Below, in pieces: positions 17,865 to 24,184 of a stretch of DNA of 24,184 nucleotides. Position 1 is the stretch's first letter. Each line of letters opens with the position of its first letter. The notes beneath the pieces were generated by a model. The model saw only the letters and a list, made by a program, of their open reading frames with translations, had not been told where the DNA came from and did not search any database. A program made the position numbers and the translations under genes. The stretch lies in IMG/VR virus record IMGVR_UViG_3300030108_001765, positions 1 to 24,184 of that record, one strand, 5' to 3'. Source of the stretch: a virus (Duplodnaviria; Caudoviricetes).

Positions 17865-18289
17865 TAGGCGATCACCTCATAGCTTGTTAATTCCAAATCT
17901 AAAATATACCGATACCATCGTTTATTCCGATCTGTGTTATCTACCCGTGAAACAGGCCTTAACAATTGATAACTTGAATTAGGATCTATTTCTTTTAATC
18001 TTAAGATCCTTAATACCTCGCCATACATATCTCGTAAATGAGTTCTGCTTTTTGGTGTAGACATATCTACACTCACTCTCCAAGAACCTCGATCTAATGT
18101 CTTACCTACCAAACCAACTTCGTGTGTGCCTGAAACTTCATAGCACTTTATTAGATCTTTTTTAATCATGTTTAACTTACCAATATCCCAAGAGTCTCCG
18201 ATCTTAGGAGTCCTGCTATTAGTGTTACTTGCATTCCAATTAGAATTTAATAATCCTGAAACTGTTGTTACAGGATCAGCTATAACCAT
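17864..18289 (-). CDS. Tail terminator / completion protein
   Basis: 141 aa alpha/beta protein immediately upstream of the tail tube. Confidence 0.55.
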   Translation of the reverse strand: MVIADPVTTVSGLLNSNWNASNTNSRTPKIGDSWDIGKLNMIKKDLIKCYEVSGTHEVGLVGKTLDRGSWRVSVDMSTPKSRTHLRDMYGEVLRILRLKEIDPNSSYQLLRPVSRVDNTDRNKRWYRYILDLELTSYEVIA

Positions 18290-18984
18290 TATGCTCTCCT
18301 CAAGAAACTGTTATCTATTTCTATTCTATTTGACACTTTAGCAATAGGAATAATTCTTCCCTGTCTTGATCTTAATTTTAATATATCCATAGCTTGAGTT
18401 TTCAGATCTGCACTACTAATTAACTGAGCATCTGAATTATCAAACATACTTACTACGTCTGCTGCAGTCATTAACATAGTGGCTTTTCTAATATCTGCTG
18501 GTGTTGAAGCCGTACCATAAGTGTACGTTGCATAAGCTTTTACTCCTGTAGCAGATGAATTTAAATTAAATTGTTGATAACTTTTCAAATAGATCTTACC
18601 GTTTTCAGAATCTACCCAATAGTCTCCACTTAAAGGATCTGTAAATGTCCCTGCTGTGTAATCAGAAGATGCTACATAATCTACAAAGGAACCTCCTTTC
18701 CAAACATGTAAGTTAGTCAAAGAAATTAATGGATAGTGATCTAACTGAATTACTCCTCTGTTTCCAATAGTGTTAGAAGCTACTGTCTGAACTTTTAAAG
18801 GTTCTTTAGTTACAGTTCCAGCTCTACTGCTACTCCATGCATGATCTGTATATTCATCAATAAATGTTTCGTTGTTTTCAATTAGCAATTCAACTTGTGA
18901 AGATGTTGGAGTTGTTGATCCTGAAAAGGCATCCATCTGAAGAAAGTCAGAGACTTGTCCATGTGTAGTGTAGTAAACAGCCAT
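18289..18984 (-). CDS. Head-tail adaptor (HK97 gp6/SPP1 gp15-like)
   Basis: YTTHGQV, FIDEYT, TYTYG...PADIRKATMLM. Confidence 0.72.
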   Translation of the reverse strand: MAVYYTTHGQVSDFLQMDAFSGSTTPTSSQVELLIENNETFIDEYTDHAWSSSRAGTVTKEPLKVQTVASNTIGNRGVIQLDHYPLISLTNLHVWKGGSFVDYVASSDYTAGTFTDPLSGDYWVDSENGKIYLKSYQQFNLNSSATGVKAYATYTYGTASTPADIRKATMLMTAADVVSMFDNSDAQLISSADLKTQAMDILKLRSRQGRIIPIAKVSNRIEIDNSFLRRA

Positions 18985-19766
18985 CAGAGGAAATGAGTTA
19001 GAGCTGAGTTAACTAACTTTTCACTTGTTGTTGCTACAACCATTCCATTCATATCAATTGGTTGTCCTGCCATATTCCAACCTATAGCTCCTACAGGTAA
19101 TGTTGTATATCCTTGTTGAACTGCTAAAGGTGGAGGACCTCCTCCGTTTGCTGTATAGTATTGTTCACCATTAGCTAATTGATCAATTTGAGGGGGTGGT
19201 AATTGCCAAGCTTGTGGTTGTTGCATTGATGCTCCAGTTCCAATTCCAAACCATGTCCAAGGTTTTAGCATACTTGCTCCACCTTGTTGCATCATAGGTT
19301 GTTGACCATAAGGATTCATTCCCATTTGTTGTTGGTAAGGATTCATCTGTTGAGGAGGTGGAGCTTGTTGAACGGTATTGGTTTCTCCATATGGATTGTC
19401 CCAATTAGTTATAGAATGGTGAGCATTTCCTTCCTGATTGCTCCACTCCTCATGTAAACTTAATCTTGCATTTAATTCATTAGCAGCTTCATCTCCTAAC
19501 ATAGCTCGAGGTTGCCAATCGATCTGACTTTCACTAACTTGTTTTAAGAAATTTATATGATCATCTAATTCTGTAGGTAACTGAACGTCAGTAGCTTCAC
19601 ACAATCCTTTCAACATAACCATGTAGTCATGTATAATTGGGTAAAGATATTGTACAGTTCTCATTACTGTGTTCTCTGCGACACGAGCATCAAAGTCAGG
19701 ATGCTGTATTCGATCAACCGCTACGGGGTTGAGATAACCTGCTGGGGATCCGTGGTAACCACTCAT
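18984..19766 (-). CDS. Hypothetical protein with Q/P/G/M-rich low-complexity region
   Basis: Helical N-terminal half followed by QQAPPPQQMNPYQQQMGMNPYGQQPMMQQGG; coupled to the adaptor gene. Confidence 0.75.
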   Translation of the reverse strand: MSGYHGSPAGYLNPVAVDRIQHPDFDARVAENTVMRTVQYLYPIIHDYMVMLKGLCEATDVQLPTELDDHINFLKQVSESQIDWQPRAMLGDEAANELNARLSLHEEWSNQEGNAHHSITNWDNPYGETNTVQQAPPPQQMNPYQQQMGMNPYGQQPMMQQGGASMLKPWTWFGIGTGASMQQPQAWQLPPPQIDQLANGEQYYTANGGGPPPLAVQQGYTTLPVGAIGWNMAGQPIDMNGMVVATTSEKLVNSALTHFL

Positions 19767-20140
19767 TCCATAAAACTCCTATTCATTAACATAACTTCGG
19801 CTGTCATATATTCATCATAATCTCGTTGATGCATTATACAAAAACCTCCTCCTGTAAAAGATCCACAATACGGACATTCGTCTTTATTATGTCTCCTAAC
19901 CAAACCAAACCATTTACGGGTGAGACGAGAATGCTTACTTCTTAGACGTTTAACGTAGTAACTCAATTCTCTGTCGTCCATTTGATTTTTGTCCTGTAGC
20001 TTAGAGGTAGACACCACATATTGTTGACGCTGAGTTACTATTGGTTGATTAGGAGTCGAAGAGATCTCTTGTTTAGGATCTTGAGAAATTTGTTGACCTA
20101 CTTTTGGTCTTTTCATTGTAACCATCGGGGGAACAGTCAT
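19763..20140 (-). CDS. Hypothetical protein with C-terminal Zn-finger
   Basis: H...CPYC...CIMH; disordered Q/P-rich N-terminus. Confidence 0.7.
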   Translation of the reverse strand: MTVPPMVTMKRPKVGQQISQDPKQEISSTPNQPIVTQRQQYVVSTSKLQDKNQMDDRELSYYVKRLRSKHSRLTRKWFGLVRRHNKDECPYCGSFTGGGFCIMHQRDYDEYMTAEVMLMNRSFME

Positions 20141-20163
20141 TATCAGATCTTATACACTTTCAG

Positions 20164-20171
20164 AATATAAA
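20164..20171 (-). promoter_or_regulatory. TATA box (TTTATATT), leaderless promoter of the neck/tail operon
   Basis: 23 nt upstream of ATG 20140. Confidence 0.55.
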
Positions 20172-20192
20172 CCTAACTATGGTTTCCGTATT

Positions 20193-20576
20193 CTAAAGTC
20201 CTCCCTTTCTCATCATCTTTCCTGTTCGTATTGCAGCTTGACCAGCATGAACTGTAGGATCAAAAAACGCTTTAGCAATCAAAGCTTTCAATGTAGCTAA
20301 TGCAGCACTCAATATCATTAACATAAATAAGAATCCATTATAGATCCAAGCTACTCCCCAAACATACATAGCAGCATCTAAGAAATATTCTTCTAAAAAT
20401 AAACCTGCATATAGTCCTAAAGCTCCTGATCCTAACATAAAACCAAATAACCAAATTACTCTTTTCATCCACATCCATTCTATGTAACGAATAAAGTCAA
20501 CATCTGACTTACCTCCAGCTCCAAAGTTAGAAGGGTAACGATCTGGACTGAATAACATATTGCGAATAAACTTCAT
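20193..20576 (-). CDS. Two-TM membrane protein (holin-like topology)
   Basis: Two long hydrophobic segments and a basic C-terminus (RTGKMMRKGGL). Confidence 0.7.
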   Translation of the reverse strand: MKFIRNMLFSPDRYPSNFGAGGKSDVDFIRYIEWMWMKRVIWLFGFMLGSGALGLYAGLFLEEYFLDAAMYVWGVAWIYNGFLFMLMILSAALATLKALIAKAFFDPTVHAGQAAIRTGKMMRKGGL

Positions 20577-21403
20577 GGTCTTACCACATAGGACATATCT
20601 AAATAACTGTTTTGTTCTTTTGCTATTTCTGCATATACATCCGATTTAAACTTTCGTGTGATCTGATAAGCTACCTCATAACCTATTGGATCTACATCTC
20701 CGTTTCCAAGATCAATCCATTTAGGGTGATATGTGTAAACGACGACTTTCCTAAAAGACGGTCTAAAGTCCATTTCGTCAAAATACTCTACATATGATTC
20801 ATGATTAATCTCTTCATCTTGTAAAGATATAATTTGATTGTCATTTAAGAATCTTAATATTGTATTATTTATTTTATCAATAGGAACAGCTTTGCTAACA
20901 AATAAAGATGTCTTCCATCTAAAAACGTGTTCAGGAGTTAAGTTCTCTACTAAAGAATGTAACAATTCTTCACAGCTTATAATGACTTCAGACATATCAA
21001 AAGTTCTTACCTTGATTCCTCTAAAATTAAAATCTTTAGCTTTTCCTATAACTTTACCATTTTGATTACTGATCTGAATCCAATCATCTATAGCAAACTC
21101 TGTTTTGTAAGCTACAGTCATAAATGAAAAGGCATTGTTTAAAGGACTGTATTGAGAAAAAGCAGCATAAGTAATAGCTGCTAAACCTGCTACATTTTCG
21201 ATCTTGTTTAAATATCCTCCGTATAACAATACTCCTACACCAAAAATAATTATACCCATAACTCCGAAGATCTGAGTAGCTGCTTTAGTTTTAAGATCTC
21301 TAATTTTAAACGATCCTGCATTCTGATTACCTACGGCTTTTATTGCTCCTGTAGTTAAAATAAATACTACAATTGCCCATGCAAACAGAATAGCTGGATC
21401 CAT
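20573..21403 (-). CDS. MscS-family mechanosensitive channel-like protein
   Basis: Three N-terminal TM segments, then FAIDDWIQI...GKAKDFNFRGIKVRTFDMSEVIISCEELLHSLVENLT, matching the MscS beta-domain consensus (F.IGDWI...G.V..I..R.T.IRT.D...V.IPN..L....I.N). Confidence 0.78.
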   Translation of the reverse strand: MDPAILFAWAIVVFILTTGAIKAVGNQNAGSFKIRDLKTKAATQIFGVMGIIIFGVGVLLYGGYLNKIENVAGLAAITYAAFSQYSPLNNAFSFMTVAYKTEFAIDDWIQISNQNGKVIGKAKDFNFRGIKVRTFDMSEVIISCEELLHSLVENLTPEHVFRWKTSLFVSKAVPIDKINNTILRFLNDNQIISLQDEEINHESYVEYFDEMDFRPSFRKVVVYTYHPKWIDLGNGDVDPIGYEVAYQITRKFKSDVYAEIAKEQNSYLDMSYVVRP

Positions 21404-21873
21404 TAGTCCAACATCTCGGCTTCTTGAACAGGCTTGATTTCTCCAGTTACAGGATCAACATATTCTTTTTCATCTTGCGGAGGAATAAAGTTCTGCATCA
21501 TCTGTTGTGGAGGCATCTGTTGTTGCATCTGTTGTTGAGGCATCATCTGAGGCATCATCTGTTGAGGCATCATCTGAGGAGGAATCATCTGAGAGGGCAT
21601 ACCAAGAGGTTTAGCTTTCTCTCTTGATCTGGAAGATCTGCTCCTTTTAAGGTCGTCTAAACGTTCGGCAGTTAAGGAAGCGTTTGTCAAGATTGCAAAG
21701 GTAAAAGATCCTGAAACAGCTCCATACCAAATTGAATCTTGAGGATCCATAGATCCAACATACATTAGGGTAAATGCATTAGCTATAAACACTAACAAAC
21801 TTGCCATTCTATTATAGGATAATCTAACCTCATGAAGGTTGCGATCATCGGCCATATCATCGGCAAATACCAT
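21403..21873 (-). CDS. Two-TM membrane protein with M/Q/P-repeat tail
   Basis: Two hydrophobic helices, basic S/R patch, MPQQMMPQMM repeats, YVDPVTGEI motif. Confidence 0.75.
   Translation of the reverse strand: MVFADDMADDRNLHEVRLSYNRMASLLVFIANAFTLMYVGSMDPQDSIWYGAVSGSFTFAILTNASLTAERLDDLKRSRSSRSREKAKPLGMPSQMIPPQMMPQQMMPQMMPQQQMQQQMPPQQMMQNFIPPQDEKEYVDPVTGEIKPVQEAEMLD
21493..21600 (-). repeat. Imperfect in-frame tandem repeat (ATG-CCT-CAA/CAG-ATG units)
   Basis: Repeated gaggcatcatctg / catctgttg units of 12-15 nt on the + strand, encoding (M)MP(P)Q(Q). Confidence 0.85.
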
Positions 21874-21893
21874 AATACCCTAACGGAACGTAG

Positions 21894-21901
21894 CTATAAA
21901 A
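21894..21901 (-). promoter_or_regulatory. TATA box (TTTTATAG), leaderless promoter of the membrane cassette
   Basis: 20 nt upstream of ATG 21873. Confidence 0.5.
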
Positions 21902-21904
21902 GAA

Positions 21905-22190
21905 ATTCAAAATACCGACACGCAGGACAGACGTCTCGATGTCGCATCTTGAGTAGGGTATCAAAAGATAGCCGATCAATCAGAGGATGGAGGGATTTCG
22001 GCTCATTCTGATTACGTTGGCCCTTAAGGTTAATCCCGAACTTATTGATCAAGTAAGTACAGTTTTTACAGTCATATAAATGAAGTCTATATGTTAACTG
22101 CTCTGAACACCAACAACCTGCGTGTGTGTGCAGATCAAAGGTAGGTTCGATTAATACGCATTGGTTCTTACCAAACCGATGAGCTGCAAT
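21905..22190 (-). ncRNA. Candidate structured non-coding RNA (~280 nt), family not recognised; strand tentative
   Basis: No credible ORF and more GC-rich than the flanks. 9-bp long-range helix 21918-21926/22117-22125, several hairpins and a possible pseudoknot. TATA box upstream and T-rich tract downstream on the minus strand. Confidence 0.6.
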
Positions 22191-22207
22191 TTACATATTA
22201 TATATGT

Positions 22208-22215
22208 ATATATAA
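22208..22215 (-). promoter_or_regulatory. TATA box (TTATATAT) upstream of the candidate ncRNA
   Basis: Same octamer as at 6051-6044 and 11383-11376; about 19 nt before the first helix (22188). Confidence 0.5.
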
Positions 22216-22240
22216 CAGTTGCCTTGTTTAGTATATAAGT

Positions 22241-24184
22241 TTAGGATCCTGTAACTAATTCTAAAGCATTATCTAAAGCAGGTTTGGTTAATCTAAGATC
22301 ATCATCCCCTGCCTCATCTGCATCCAATAACTGCTGAGTGTCTAAGGTGTGATGGAATTGTCTTATGTTACCTGTACAATTAGTTACAGAACCTATTACC
22401 GTTAAATCACCTGTAACATCTAAATTACTTACATCTCCTACTATCTCAAATCCACCGCCAGCAGATTCAGGAATGTTAGTTGGAGTTTTTGTAGAATCTC
22501 CTGTCACTCTTGTGTTTCCTGTTGTAAGTGTTGATGAGGATGACATTGTCCAAGTATCTGATGCACCTGTGTAAAAATTTAAAGTAGAATTTCTTAAATC
22601 TAAAGTACCTGTATTTACATCTACATTTTTTGCAGCTATTGTATTACCATTAGCATTGTAGGTTGTACCGCTGTTTACTTCTAACTCTTCTGTAAGTGTA
22701 TGATTGCCTGTTGCTATTACTGAAGAAGATGAAGTTAAATCTAATCTTTTTGTAGTCAAAGCAGGTAGGTTTAAATCACCGCTACTTACCGATACTCCTA
22801 GTTTGTGTAATCCAGTCATAGTTCCTGAAAAGTCGTGAGTCTTACCTGCCGTTCGCAGTTTTAACTCTGAAATGCCTGAAGCTGTTAAAGTTCCAGTAAC
22901 TACAAGATTACCAAACAAATCTATAGTAGCTCCTGAAGCTACTCCAAAACCAGTTATACTAACTGTAGAACCTGCGTTGATTGTTATATTTTCGAAATTG
23001 TCAGAATTATAAAAATTCAAATTTTGTGTTCCAGACTTAGCAAATACAAGCGTAGAAGTGCCTTGTGTAAATGTTCCTCCTCCTACCCAGTTAGGTGCGT
23101 TACCTGCTGGGCCTAAAGTTCCTGTGTTACTGTTTGCACTTGAATCTGCTGTAGTATCACCATTACCGCCTGTGCCTTCATCAAATACATATTGAGCTAC
23201 TAATCCACCTTCTGAACTAGCTAACTGCGAAAACATATTACTACGGATTTCAGATTCAGATCTTATATCGTTAAACAGTCTTACCATATCAATAACACCA
23301 TCAAAAGTTTTAGATGTTGCTGCACTATTTCCAATTAATAATTCATTTGTTTCGTCAGAGTCTCTAACTCCTGTGGTTGAAAGTGCATTTGTTAAAGCGA
23401 CTTGTTTACCATTTACATACATTTTAGGTAAGTTTGAAGGTGAACCGTTATCATACGTAACAGCAACGTGATTCCATTTACCTATATCAATTACTCTATC
23501 TGTAGTAGAAAAGCTTGCATCCATACCATCAAAATATTGATACAATCTTAATTTCGTTTTAGAACCTGATTCTGCTTCTACATTAAAAATCCATCTGTGT
23601 TTGTCGGCAATACGACCATCGTTTCCTTCTCCGTCTGAATCTGGTTTAATCCAAGCTTCTACGGTTCCACCACTATCAAAAATATTGTCTATACTGCTGT
23701 CACTTCCACAGTCAACCTTACTAGCAACACCATCAAAGTCAAGCCCACTCTTACCAATAAGACCACCACTGGTAGTAAAATCTCCTGATACTGTAAGTGT
23801 ATCATCTGAACCATCTAACGTGCCTCCTGTTGCAACAGTTAAATTACCACATTTGTTATTAGTTCCATTTATACTTCTGTAAGTTCCTGAACCAACAATT
23901 AGATTACCTGCATAAGCTCCTGAATTATTCCAATCACAACTTGTCGTTCCATTGTTAATTAATATATTTGTTGTAGAATCTCCAGTAAAAGTAGAATCAT
24001 TAAAAGTCATATTCTCTCCGCCTGAACTTCCTGTAACAATAAATGAAGCTCCAGCTTCTCCTGTATAAGTTCCACTATCAATATTTATTCGTGGTGCGAT
24101 AAGCATACCTGCACCAAAGTCTACATTACAACTTCCTGAACTTGCTGTAAAATTACCAGAACATTCCATCCTCTGTCCATTCAG
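22241..24184 (-). CDS. LamG/concanavalin-A domain adhesin or fibre protein (5' end beyond the window)
   Basis: LDFDG...TVEAWIKP...WNHVAVTYD...MYVNG...FDGVIDMVRLFN...GLVAQYVFDEG, flanked by G/T/S-rich beta-helix-like repeats. The frame stays open past ATG 24169 to the window edge. Confidence 0.85.
   Translation of the reverse strand: MNGQRMECSGNFTASSGSCNVDFGAGMLIAPRINIDSGTYTGEAGASFIVTGSSGGENMTFNDSTFTGDSTTNILINNGTTSCDWNNSGAYAGNLIVGSGTYRSINGTNNKCGNLTVATGGTLDGSDDTLTVSGDFTTSGGLIGKSGLDFDGVASKVDCGSDSSIDNIFDSGGTVEAWIKPDSDGEGNDGRIADKHRWIFNVEAESGSKTKLRLYQYFDGMDASFSTTDRVIDIGKWNHVAVTYDNGSPSNLPKMYVNGKQVALTNALSTTGVRDSDETNELLIGNSAATSKTFDGVIDMVRLFNDIRSESEIRSNMFSQLASSEGGLVAQYVFDEGTGGNGDTTADSSANSNTGTLGPAGNAPNWVGGGTFTQGTSTLVFAKSGTQNLNFYNSDNFENITINAGSTVSITGFGVASGATIDLFGNLVVTGTLTASGISELKLRTAGKTHDFSGTMTGLHKLGVSVSSGDLNLPALTTKRLDLTSSSSVIATGNHTLTEELEVNSGTTYNANGNTIAAKNVDVNTGTLDLRNSTLNFYTGASDTWTMSSSSTLTTGNTRVTGDSTKTPTNIPESAGGGFEIVGDVSNLDVTGDLTVIGSVTNCTGNIRQFHHTLDTQQLLDADEAGDDDLRLTKPALDNALELVTGS

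Noticed and set aside
7430-19404. Nested or overlapping minus-strand ORFs 7430-7615, 13102-13335 and 19183-19404
   Set aside because: Alternate frames inside longer genes or across an AT-rich promoter gap; no SD or motifs.
21905-22190. tRNA, CRISPR array or small CDS in the large intergenic gap
   Set aside because: No cloverleaf despite a GGTTCGA at 22144, no repeat-spacer periodicity, and the longest ATG-initiated ORF I found is about 30 aa on the antisense strand.
306-23882. All plus-strand ORFs in the track (e.g. 306-551, 1479-1751, 8175-8495, 13490-13825, 21424-21627, 23601-23882)
   Set aside because: They are antisense shadows of minus-strand genes with no motifs. The His/Arg/Leu-rich 21424-21627 ORF is just the reverse of the MPQ repeat.

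Overview
A 24 kb AT-rich segment of a tailed dsDNA virus (Caudoviricetes) with all credible genes on the minus strand. TATA boxes about 19-23 nt upstream of ATGs, GGTGA/GGAGG ribosome-binding sites, RHH regulators and many Zn-ribbon microproteins suggest an archaeal host. A marine Poseidoniales/Thermoplasmatota-type host is only an inference. In transcription order (right to left) the window holds: a partial LamG adhesin; a ~280-nt structured non-coding element; a membrane cassette with an MscS-like channel and Q/M/P-rich proteins; a compact neck/tail module with a 192-aa tape measure; small accessory genes including an MT-A70 methyltransferase and a PAPS-reductase-like PP-loop protein; and one RHH-led, gap-free operon running queD-queE-folE-dpdL-like-dpdA-like-ParB-nuclease-terS-terL. 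No queC is recognisable in the window. GATC is about 3-fold over-represented by hand count of the first 4 kb, and is nearly absent from the LamG gene. The main candidate new systems are a modification-coupled packaging operon with GATC enrichment, the structured ncRNA, and the MscS-containing membrane cassette. All assignments come from reading motifs; no database searches were run.
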